DNA of 64,000 nt. It comes from Tubulanus polymorphus. Taxonomy: Eukaryota > Animalia > Nemertea. The position numbers and the translations under genes are program-made. The notes under the pieces were generated by a model. That model did not search any database. It was not told the DNA's origin and saw only the letters and a program-made list of their open reading frames with translations. The stretch covers positions 19,413,910-19,477,909 of the forward strand of contig NC_134031.1 of assembly GCF_964204645.1 (NCBI RefSeq). Direction: 5' to 3'. Below are positions 38,101-50,317 of this stretch, piece by piece (positions within the stretch are counted from its first letter, which is position 1; each line of letters starts with the position of its first letter).

Positions 38101-41100
38101 TTCTCCGAGGCCCATAAAAGCGCCGTCTTGTATGTCAACGATATTACTCGCAGAAAGATTTAATCGCTTCAGTGAAGAAAGTCCGTGAAACATGCCGAGT
38201 GAAAGCGTGTTTAGATTAACTCCGTGTAGATCAAGTGATGTCAAAGCCGATGTGTTCATAAAGGCCCCAGATTCTATCAGAGACAGTTCTCCGTTAGCGT
38301 TCAAGTAGATAGTACGGAGATTACCGAGATTACTCAAACTGCCGGCTTTAAGAGTCACCAGCGGGTTCTCACGTAAATCGAGAAAGTTAAGATTCACCAG
38401 ATACGAGATGATTCCGACGGACAACTGAGTGATTCCGCACAACCTCAGATCTAAATGAGTCAAATAAACGAATGGTTGGAATGTAGAGTTGTCCAATATG
38501 ATTCTAGTGTTATTGAATAAACTGATCGATCTAGATGCTGTATATTGGCCATTGGACGGGAGTCGTGTAAGATCGGTCGATTCACAAAATACAGAATACC
38601 CAGAACCAGTACAAGGATGAGGAATAATGAAGTTACAGAATCGTTCGTCGTCGTTATTTTGACATTGCGTTTTTCCATCACAGATTTCATCCATATGCAC
38701 GCATTGTTTCGTCGAAGAACATCTATACATCCCTGGACATACATATGTATCTGTAAATAATACAGATTGCCACCTTAGAAAATAAAAAACGTTATGTTGC
38801 ATTTTGATAATCTCGATTTAGGTTCGTACCACATTTGTGTTCATCATTATTACTAGGGCAATCTGGTCGCCCATTGCAGACGAATTGGGCCGCAATGCAG
38901 TAACTTCCTGGACATTTGAAGTATCCACTTGGACAAATGTAATCTCCTGAAAACATAATGCAAGATATAATCGTCACTGTCTTCAACTTTGGCAAATACC
39001 ACTTGGCAATGAGTATTTTCATATGTTAATTACCGCAGTTTAAGAGATGTGAATTGTCTCGACACGGAGTTTGAAATCCATACTGATCAGTGTTGTATAA
39101 ACATCTCTGCGATGAGTTATAAACGAAACCATTGGCGCATTCTTTAAATCCATCTCGCAATTTTACTTCAATGAACGAAAAATAAAATCGAATTTTCCGT
39201 CAACTATTGCGTCTATTAACAGATTTTTTTCAATATCATGAAATACTTTTACTTACGTTTAGAAAGACAACCCGCTTCATCTTCTCGAGAACCACCGGAA
39301 CAGTCGAAGGTGACGTCACATCTCCAACTGGCTGGGTAACACGAACCATCGTAACATTGAAATCCGTTACATTCAACTGTGTGAAAAGTAAAAAAGTGTA
39401 ATCTGAAGGTCATTCGAAATAATATAGGTATTAACAAGTATTACCTGCACTGAGCCGCTCGTCTGATCCATCAATACAATCTGCGATACGATCATCTCGT
39501 TTGATTTCAGGAATACATTGATCATTCTTACAATGAAATTCCGTAGCATCACAAGACGGGTAAGCTGAAGAAAATAGATATACATTAACAACAGTTCTAC
39601 CCGTCTGTAGTTGATCGCGTTGTTTAAACACTTACAACAAAACGATTCGTCAGAATTATCGCCGCAATCGTTTCGAAAATCGCATAAATACGATAACGAT
39701 ATACACCGTCCGTTCATGCAGCGGAACTGTTGATCTGAACACGTCACTCCTGATAATAAACGAATGAAAAGAGACACGCCGGTAACATTTCGGTATTTTA
39801 TTCCATCGATGATTGCATTGGTCACAGAAATACTATAGAATCTTCTATAAGTTTTTATTTACCGCAATTGATTTCATCCGATGAGTCTCTACAATTTTCA
39901 ATACCGTCACAAACATCAGTTTTGTGAATACATTCGCCATTGAAACACGTGAACAATTCGTGATCGGTACAAACTGAGCGATTATTCGGTCCTAAATCGG
40001 GAAGCTGCGTCCAACGAACTTCAAAACATTCAAAAGATAAATCGTTAAAGTAATTTAGATAGCGAGAAAGCAAATACAACCACGTACAATACGTTAGAAT
40101 TACCAGGCTTGATCGATGTAATCTGACGACTTGGCTTTTTACAAATGAAATGATTTGTAGCCGGTTCACCGCATGGAAAATCGTACCAATTTGACAGAGC
40201 CGTATTAGGAAGAAGCGATTTCTGATCCAGCAAAACGCACCTCTCTAAATTCCCTCCGTTAGGTTGTTCGTTGGCCCTGATCAAAATTAGAAGCATTAAA
40301 TGCGAGAAAATCGGCCGCAAGTAAAAAAGATATTGACTATAAACTCAAAATCAAATGGCGCCACAATTTTTTTTTATAATGAATATTTTGAGAGGTATCG
40401 AGAACATCGACATCGAACTTTGTCTGGGATCTTATTGTAGTTCATATCCATATAAAAATGTATCCACACTCATCGACTTTATTCCTGCTAACTCACCATG
40501 CCGTGAAGCCGACAGCAGTGTGGTCAAACCATTCGAAATATCTCGTATTCGTTTCGTCGTATAAACCTAAATATATATAGAATTTCAGGAATTTAGAGAA
40601 TTTAGCTGATATCATCCTAAACCGATCAACTGAAAATAGTTCTCACCGATATAAACCTTTCGTTCTTCGCTGTGATCTTTCAGCCAATAAGTCACTAACT
40701 TTGCATGAATGAATTTGGCTTCTTTCTCGCTCTTCACACTGGCCAGAAACGCACCTTCAGATCGACAGAATTTATTCGCTGAATTAATCTTCAGAGGTAA
40801 AGAACTGTTAGCAGTTCGGAATAGAAAACAATTTCCGTCGTAGTGCAGCCAGTTTGGATCGCATTCATTGCCTGAAATAGCCATGAAAGAATAACCATTT
40901 ACAACATACTGAATATTACACAGGGATTTTATTTGCAAAAGTAAACAAAAAAAAAATTATGTTACGTAAATCTCTATTGGATATTTAGCCAAAACTACTC
41001 ACCCGAATGATTGTTAATATTTTGATCAAATCTAATTTCCTGTGACCGATAACGTGCTAGAAATCCCATTACATTCGTAGCCGATACGCTGATTGTCAAA

Positions 41101-41960
41101 CGAATAGATAATTCATTCCAATCGCTGTAGATTGCATCGGGCAGCATACTATTGTTACAGATACGATGACCGACGAATTGACTCGCGTGTATCAGCTCCA
41201 AATAGTTCAAACGACATTCACCATTCGAAGAATCGAATTTGATAAACTTCAGTTCGATGTAGTTTGTGAATTTGGTAGTAATTTTCCAGGTTGTTAATGA
41301 AGTTCGTCCGGGCAGAACTGGAAACATCGGTGATGCGAACAGACTACACGTTTTGCTGTTCAAGTGGCGAATTGTAGAATTGATCGAGTCCAGAAACCCG
41401 ACACCAGGACAATCTGGATAACACAGCAGTCATGCAGATATTCCCTTTTCAGAAAAGATTTTACCAATAATCAGCGATTGGAAATGATACTCCTTACCTA
41501 TTTTTGAGATGTTCATTCTCAGCCAATATTCGTCGGTGAAAACGATTCTATTTGCGAAACAGACATCCAGTTTCACGATGAGAACGTGGTTTTTATTCAC
41601 CACTAAAGTCGGTAATTTGGCGTATGTTTTGGAAACTTGCATCGTGTGGTTCGCATCAAAAAGTTGAACTTCAAAGATATTCTCTATACAATCTTTGGAA
41701 TAAACCCACTGAGTTTCTGGCTTTGCCTATAAATCATGAATTATTTTAATCATTTGAGTTCATTTTTTTGTTTCAAATTATTACTAGATCAATTAATGAA
41801 AACTACTAATCATCACCTGGTAATTGGCAGCGGGCACTTGCTGAATTGGATATTCAACGAGGAAATGAGAATCTTCCGGAGCGGTGATCGTCCATTCAAA
41901 ACCCTTTTTCCACAATTTGTAATCATACGTTCCAGTTTTATTGATTTTGCTTTCTGAAAA
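29428..41960. repeat. Large inverted repeat: arms ~29428-34179 and ~37186-41960, ~3-kb spacer
   Basis: Arms are near-identical reverse complements including introns; paired ORFs (548 vs 554 aa, 122 vs 122 aa, 150 vs 150 aa) differ at few residues. Further inverted tracts: ~27415-28470 / ~42683-43736 and ~24540-24950 / ~46279-46685. Confidence 0.95.
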
Positions 41961-44900
41961 CATTGAATGCGAATTAGATTCTAATGAAATCTATGTTACT
42001 CCGACGATGCCAACATACTGCGAATGTGTTAAGTACATGAATGCGGTATGTGATATGCGAAGCAAGGGACATAAAGCTATTTGATCGAGTTGGAGTAAAA
42101 TCAATCACCGGTTTTACCCATGTACCATCCATACACTTCTAGTTGTAAACATGGGAAAGTGACGTAATACGTGACTGTGAAGCGCGCTAATGATGTAATA
42201 ACAGGATGACGAAGGTAGAAATATGTCTCCAGATCCTTTTCCACGACGCCTTTCGAAAGAAATGATTTCTGAAACGATGAAACATAACACTCTTTTAAAT
42301 AGTTAGATATCTCTTACACCCCTACAAATACTATTTACAGAAAATATCTAAAGAGCATCTTTTAGCAGTCAACTCATGAAAAAAAGGAAATGTTAATTTT
42401 ATGTCATCGCCTAGTCTTAGCCTACCTTACGTTTGAATGGCGCCTCAGTATAAAACATCATTTTTCCTGTTTTGTGATGCCTCCAAGAGAATTCGAAGCC
42501 ATCGACGAAACGTATGATTTTCTGATCTGGGATCTTAGTTGAAAACGCTGTCAAAAGAACATCCCGCAGGAAATCAACCTAAAGAAATAAGTCGTAAAAG
42601 GTATTGTTGAAAGCTGTCGTTTTAGAATACTTTAGCTTTTCTGAACCTACCTGTAACACGTGTTTCTGTTCCTTATCTAAAGCGCACCAAGCGGTCGATT
42701 CTGGAATCATTCTGACGTCACTAGGAGTTCCGGAAGAGGCTGTAATTTGCTTGTCTCTTATAAGTTGTGATGTGATTCCTAATGAATCTTCTCTTCGCTC
42801 GAATGCTTTTATACATGATCAATACAAGAGATGTACACATTTTATTTCAAACGACGGAACTCAAAAACCTAGAAAAAACTCACCAGTTCCAAAAATCTGA
42901 ATTCTACACACTCTGGTAACGGTATTTCCCGTCTTTTGAACAATTGTTACAAATCTTCCCATTTTCGGAACTCCGCAACGGATTTCAGTTTGATTGCGAT
43001 CGTTTTCTACGAGAACTTCGCAGAAATGGAGATTTTCCCTCCAGAACGTGGACGTCGACACGTACAGAACGAGACCAGACATTTTATCATCGACCGATAC
43101 TGAAATTTGACAAATGTTTCGTTTCGTATCAACTCCCAAATCATTAATCAATCTACTTGCCCCATCACCTTCTTCAAACAAGCTCCGATACATAATGATT
43201 TCGAACCTCGCGTATTAAATCTTTCTCCAGGAATGTATAAACTATCTGTGATATTTACCTGATTGTATATAGTGTAATGACAGCAAATCAAACTGTACCC
43301 AGGAACTCCTGGTGAACATCAGTGATAAACATTCCATACTTCTTGTTTTTGTCCCGAATTTCATTCTTTTGGCGCGATATCTTTCGTGCGTAATAACATT
43401 TCTATATATTTCACCGTCTAAAAACGACAGAGAATTGAAAATCAGTTTCCAAATGCGGCAACACAATATATATTCGAAAAAACACGTCTGTTATCAATTG
43501 CATTTGAATGCATTGATAATAATCATACCTGGATATCCAAATGCGGATATGCTACAGATTTTAGCATTCTTCGTCAGTTTGATGGTGAGTTTTGAAACTG
43601 TATTAGTTTTGTCACACATATAAATCAGTTCATTGTCCGATGCTGGATATCTTTGTGGTACTATTCGGCAGTTTGCATTTTGTGTCGAGTCGTTCATCGT
43701 AATTCGTACGATATCCGTGATCGCTTCTCGGGGACGAATAACTAAATCTGCGTGAGAAATACGAATAATTAATCATATGCTTTATAAGAAGAGTCTATCA
43801 TTTTCATCACTTTCTAAGATCGTTTTCAGTCAAAATATGCATCGTTACCTGCGTAAGATTCTGTGATGAAAAAGGCCAATTTCATAAGAACAGTTTGTGT
43901 CGTATTCTTTATGCAGAATGTGTCTTCACGAATGGCATTGAATTCCGTCCTATATGCGATCATCATTCCCGTATTACGGGTCATATTAACATCATTCGTT
44001 CCTAGAACAACGCCACCTTCAGGGATAATTGCGATTATATCGCCCGGAAATACAGGGATAAATATGGTATGCCGATCGTCGAATCGTGTGAAACCTTTCT
44101 TGCGGTCTTCCAATGGAACGAACTCTTCGTGATCTACTTCAATTTGCGCCTGCTTTTCATCAGACGGGCAGTCGTCAACTGAATGTTTCGGGCTTGATTC
44201 GTGGTGCTTTATTTTGGCAATGCGCACACCAGCTCTAGCGTTGTTGTTGTTGTTGTTGTCGGTTTTAAAATGATAATCGATCTGGCGCAGTACCCCGGTT
44301 AGCTCTGCCGAATAATTAATGAGAACAAGCTTTAATCAATCTTTACTAGTTCTTGCCTCTGACTCGGAGAGCAGAGGGCGTATTTCTCCGTGCCCCCTTT
44401 TTATTCAACTCGTAGCAACTTAATCATTATCGCGATCGAGGGTTAAATGGCAGGCTGGGGCATGTACAAGTGACAAGAAATGATTCATTTCAAATTACTT
44501 CTGATTTATCTTTATACCGTAAGCAATGTCATTTTGGACCGGCAATAAGTAGATCGTTAGGTTGTGAGATCTACGTACTTCACAATCTGCAAACATCGTT
44601 TGCAGTCGGGGTATAGAAAGCCTTTTACATTTACTATAATAGTTCGCGTTGACTAAAAGCTTCTCGTTACAACTGACCGGGTGGTATGATTACTAGAAAC
44701 ATCGGATTGGTAGCATTATCACCCATTTCCATTGTAGGACTCTTTTCATCATTTTCATTCGTAGCATTTCCGAACATATACACGTTATTTCCTATAGTTA
44801 CAAACAAACTTGGATTACATTGCATGGAATGTTCTTCGAATTCTAAACGGGATGATATGATGTTTACTTAACTTTTGATTCACAGATAATGCGGGTCTTA

Positions 44901-47900
44901 GTGTCGGTGGCATTGGTCGGATACCATTTATTTGCATTAGGACTAAACAGTATAGCGTCATACTGTTCGGTTGTACCTGAAACGTGTAAAAGCGTAGAAT
45001 TAATGACAAACGCATACAGAAATTCTATGTGTACGATGTAGATATTCACCTCCAAGTGAATTTTCAAATGCAAAATTATCGTCTGATGATCCTTGGATCC
45101 AATACAAATAACCATTCCCAGAACCATATATCCTCATGTAACGTTCTTCTTCTTGTCCATCAAGTTGAAACAACTATGCGCATGATGTTGAAAAGAAAGG
45201 GACTCAGTTATCTATACGACTTAACTAAAGACGGACGTAGATCGCTTACAGAATTCATAATTCATACCGAACCGTTTCATTCATTATTTATGATTAATAT
45301 TCTTTATTAACGAATTAAATTACATCAGAAATTACATAGGAATTTATTTAACGAAGTGAGATACGGATTTTACTTTTGAAAAACCATTTTAATGCACACG
45401 CATAAACTTCCTGATCGCTGATTGGACCCCAATTTTGTAATTCAGCAGGAACATTTTTTAATATGCATGCATTATTTAATCATTCCGCATAAAGTGTGCC
45501 GGTACTTCGGTTTCAGATTTCAAAATCAAACCCTTGTTTCGCTGAGGGCAGGTTCGAATCAACACCAAATCAAAACAAAAATAACAGGAAATCTTTACCA
45601 AGTAAATACACAACCGGGCCAATCTCTATTTTAAGATTAAAAACTATAGCAAATAGATAAGTAAATAAATGAATGATAACATACATGTCCGTAACGCGGA
45701 TCTTTATCTCGACAAAATCGTAGAGCGTCCTGTTTGTTATATTTTGTTAGCTCGTCCGTAGAGCAATAGCAGCGTCCAAAAAATACGTCGCTCCAATCTA
45801 AAGAGCAACCTTGAAAAAAATGCATTCGCTTTGACTTGAATTTTCATTATTATACATGTAGGATGTACTGAATTTACACGAAACTAACGCAAGGTTTACC
45901 TTTAAAAGGCATCTGGTGTATTGACGAACCTAGATGAGCTGAATTGATAAACACATTGCTAAAATATTCAATGATTACCGTAACATAAGTCTTAAACATC
46001 ATTCAAATCTATGGTGGCTGGTAAGGGACATCGTTATTTTTGTAGCCGATTCATGACATAAAATAACTATTTTATGGACAATAAAACGATAGTCACTTTT
46101 TGATTTTACGCCATGTTTAATTAAACTATTCCATTGTGTTTTATGTTGAATTTAGATACGATGAAAAATCTTATTTCAAGGAAGCAAATTAATGTTTGTC
46201 TTGAATCGGCTCGAAAAAAGTAACGCATTATGATCCCATAATCGGCCATCATAAATAGCTGTTAACCTCCAGTTTGATAGGGATCTGTACATATCAAAAG
46301 CCGTTTTTGTTCAACCGTCAATTTTTCACGTATAACTAAGATCATTAGTCAGGACCAACAACTTCCAATATAAACCTCAACGTTACTTAAAAGAACGGTA
46401 CCTTCCTTACTCTTGTTTAAAGGCGATGTTGAACTATAGATGATCTGATCATATATTCATGATACAGACTTACGTTCGGCGTATTTAATGCGTATATTTT
46501 GAATGGTGTGTGTTCTTGGAAGTTGATATTCAATCACGGTTCCGTGACTTGTCTCTTCGCATGCGCTCATCTCCACTGGTTCACCTTCCATTTTTCTACC
46601 ATCTTGTGCTGTGTGCATTATTTCGGAGGTCGACAAAATATCAACTTGATACGCGGTTCCTGGATAGAAGATTATCATCATCATCACACAATGGATGCTC
46701 AAATTCTTTTCAGATTTTCAGGTTTCTGTCGATTACTTTATCTATATGAACTTGTTTGTTGAATTGGAAAAATGCCGGATATGTATAACTTTGGCAGAGA
46801 CCTGTATAACTTTGGCAGAGACAATGTAACGGTTTGTTGCAATCAAAAACTTGAATTGTTAAGTTGGAGCTGCTTCCCACACATTGTCGGCTTGCGTTGA
46901 TAATATGTGGAATATCCCTATATCTGTCGTTTATCCAAAGTGTTGTTACGCCTACACAAATTGAAAAACGAATTCAGGGTTGGATTAAAGGGATTTCATC
47001 CTTCGTACACAAACGCCATCGTATAATCATCCGCGATCACATACCTGGAAATACGTCTTTAATTTTATGCCAGATTTCAGCGAGCTGGCTGAGAAAAAAT
47101 GGACCCACTTCTGAACTAGGTAATTTTTCCTGGCAGAAACTTTCACAGCGCCAGAATTGCATTACTTCGCTGAATATGGCTACACGAAAATGCTGAAAAT
47201 CGATCCACTTGTCTGGTAGAACACTCTCGTACTTACTCTTTCGCATATCTGAAATGTTTTGAGTTGCGGGAATGGAATGAATTGTTGCTGAAAAAAAAAC
47301 CTTTCTGATTCATACATTTCTGTCAGACACTTTCTACCTCTGAAAGGCATCAGAAAGCAGCTTTTGTTTCCAATTCTTATATCATCTATAGCTGAAGCAT
47401 TGCCTTTGCTCTGTTGGATAGCTATCGTAATCTGCAAAGATTTTGGTCTGATTGTAAACCTAAGTGTCTTGCCTAAGATTGATGAAATGTACAAGCAAAT
47501 GTTTCAATTTCACATTCACTTTAGTCGAAAGAAATGAATAGATTACCGATAGTTTCAGAGACTCTGTATTGGCCACATCTATTTCAGTGTATTTCCATAG
47601 TTTCGAGGTGCTGTATTCAGAGTAGAACGCGATATGTTCATCATCGGCGTCAAACTTCAAAACTACGTCAAACGCTCTCCCAATAGATGTCGTTGTATAC
47701 CACAGTCCAATACAGATATCCGTGTCAAACCCGTGTCCCAGAACCAGAGTGCTATACCCAGGCTCATTCGACAGCAGATAATGTCCTAATAAATTAAGAC
47801 GAGGTAAATTTCAAATGATTGCAAAAATGCGATTCGAAAATCAGAGAATAAACAAAATTTACAGAATAGGGAAATCAGGTAAATGAATGTATATGAATCT

Positions 47901-48762
47901 ACCTTGTAGGGGTAGGTCTAATGGAACCTTACACAACAGATATCGACAAATGGAAGGCGGTCCGTTACACCATGCAATCTGTGAAGAAGATTCTTTACGA
48001 CATCTCGTAAGGAATACTCCCTGATACGATCGATGCAGTCGAAATACATTTGTGAAAGCCCACATCATAAGCTTGTCAAATGTTGAATAACAGATGGCTT
48101 TGTACGATATTATTCCCTTCAACCATATAAGGGAATTAGTGTCTCTGACATCGGGCCATTCGCAATCTTAAAGATAGAAAACGGATATGTGTGCACCAGT
48201 AATTATCACATCCCAGTCCATCCTCCCCGACAGGGATTCGAACCCGATTGTACGAAGCCGCAGTATTCAAACTGTATTCAGTTAAAACGTGTACAACGCT
48301 TGTGCCCGGTATGGAATTTATACAAATGATTAAAAAGAAAAAAAAAACGGAATGACACAAAGTTACATTCGAGGTTACATAGAGTCTCATGATGCCATCA
48401 GGTTCGAATCTCTGCCGCGGGAGGATGTTTCCAGCCTAGATTCATGCATCCTCCCACGGCAGGGATTCGAACCTGATGGCATCGCTACACTCAGCCACGG
48501 CACGTGCGCTATCTCGATGCCATCAGGTTCGAATCCCTGCCGCGGGAGGATGAGCAACAGTTATAAAGATACGAAAGCCAATCCATACCTACGATAGTCA
48601 GCGTTGTTTGGTCATGTATTGGTCTCATCATACTTATTGAGTCGTCATTAATTTTCAATTTACCGGAGCCGATCCGCGTGAAATTGCAGAGACCACCCTC
48701 GAAATCGCATAACAACGGAAAACCTGCAGTTGTGTGAAACATCGATTTGAAGTTACATTCTT
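35998..48762 (-). CDS. GRL101-like multidomain GPCR, copy B: full MAM - CTL - unknown - CTL - unknown - F-type-like - F5/8C - CUB-like - CUB - CTL - 7x LDLa - LRR - 7TM - kinase-like tail; first exon not located
   Basis: MAM exon 48589-~48762 ([16 protein letters not shown]); exons homologous to copy A are open; TM7 exon with NSAINPVLY; tail exons 36351-36586 and 35998-36268; one donor at 44871 is non-canonical. Confidence 0.85.
36821..36929. mobile_element. PIF/Harbinger-like MITE in an intron of copy B
   Basis: ctg|gagccagttgctc ... gagcaactggtcc|ctg, with CTG on both sides. Confidence 0.55.
48220..48552. repeat. Alternating-orientation ~37-bp units containing a tRNA B-box (SINE-derived)
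   Basis: gatgccatcaggttcgaatcYctgccgcgggaggatg at 48391-48427 (+), 48447-48483 (-), 48516-48552 (+); diverged copy ~48220-48250 (-). Confidence 0.8.
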
Positions 48763-50317
48763 CTGCCGTAGATTATTAAATTCCCGAATGATGATTGAAA
48801 GGTACTTTTTGCGTGCAACAGAAAATGTAACTTAGTGGTGAAAACATTAAACAGGTCTTATAGGTTAACGAGATTTTGCTACCCATTCCACAGTTGTGAG
48901 TTTTCATTCAGATTTATCTCTTCATTGATAACTAATTTTTAACATAGAGCTAACTCAAACTCATTGCTGGGACCGGATCCTGGTGAAGCTATTGCGCAGG
49001 CGAAAGCTCGTAATTTCTGATATTTGATACCAGATTTAATGCGGCTCTCCTAAAATATTTCTCATCATTACTATTGTTTGTACTAAGTACTCATTCAGCG
49101 TTGATTTTTGACGCTGTAGAAATCGCGACAAAAAGGTTTATATACATTGATACCTAGTATGCATTATATAAGGGGTTCTGTGTGAGTCGATGTGCACTAC
49201 GTCATCAATATTGGCGTTTCAGAGTATCCATTACAATTGTGAATTTTGACGTTTATTTTGCAATCAAATATTTATATGAATATTTCATAACTCTTTATAA
49301 CTTTCATTATTTTGTATTTGATAATTATTTTTTTGAGGATGTGCACTACGTCATCAACATTTCGGGGCTAGACTGGTTGCCGGTCAATTCAATCATCGAT
49401 ATTCAAATCCAAGATAACTTCATTAATCCTTCATATTACATAATTTTGATTTTGAAATATAACTTATATGAGAAATTTTTTCTCGTAACCAAAATTCTTG
49501 AAAATACTATAATAATATTTTTCATTTATTTCGTTGTAGACACAGTACTCAGTCGCATTTTCCATAAGTATCAACACAATATACAATTCACAAATATTAC
49601 TTACTTTGTTCGGCGACTATACCAAAGCCGATCATCGAAATAGTCACGATGAATACTAGAAATCGAGTCATGATTCTTTATTTACCGAGTATTTCGCTTT
49701 TTTCCTGGTGGATTTCAATTCGCGTCGATGAGGAGACGTCATGAGCGCGAAGCCGCGAATGCAAATATGACCGCAACTGCTCGTTGATGCCCACTAACTT
49801 TATGACAACGCCCATGATTAATTATCAAAATAACTGTTCATAAGAGATAAAAACGTTTCCATGAGAATGATTATACGAATCAGATGATTCATTTTGTAAA
49901 AAGCAATTACAATGAAAGCATTGTACACTTTCAAAAATGAAATATGGAATCATTTTTGTCTTTATGTCACATAGTGCGCTTTAGATAATTACTATAACGC
50001 AGAAAAGTGTCCTGGGGATATTATTATTATTGTTTGGATTATTTTCCAAATTTTTTCCGAGTTATGAACACAGAGAAAAGTATATGTTTTCTTTAAGTTT
50101 TTTAGAATCTATTTCGGTTAACTCAGAGTTAGAAACGGCGATATAGCGTTAAGTTAAAGTAAATGGGGCCAATAAATACCGGGCACAGTTACATAAAGAA
50201 ACCATTTAAGAAGACCAGCGATCAAGAAATAAATTTAAAAGAATTGAGTAAATGTTTCTTCAATTTCGTATATTTCAGCAAACAAATATTGATCAAATAA
50301 AACCCGCTTTGCCATTC

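Noticed and set aside
45049-45173. Frameshift in a CTL exon of copy B
   Set aside because: Careful translation gives an open frame ([34 protein letters not shown]) homologous to copy A.
48220-48552. tRNA genes (also motifs near 1815, 12480, 14160)
   Set aside because: Only A/B-box fragments, with no full cloverleaf or acceptor stem; better explained as SINE remnants.
49090-49147. Signal-peptide exon of copy B (MYINLFVAISTASKINAE)
   Set aside because: Resembles A's first exon slightly but ends in TGA before a usable donor; not enough support.
49182-49643. 153-aa ORF, and other short ORFs such as 35876-36322, 11816-12310, 59997-60272, 61825-62070
   Set aside because: Low-complexity AT-rich or antisense shadows of real exons, with no recognisable motifs.
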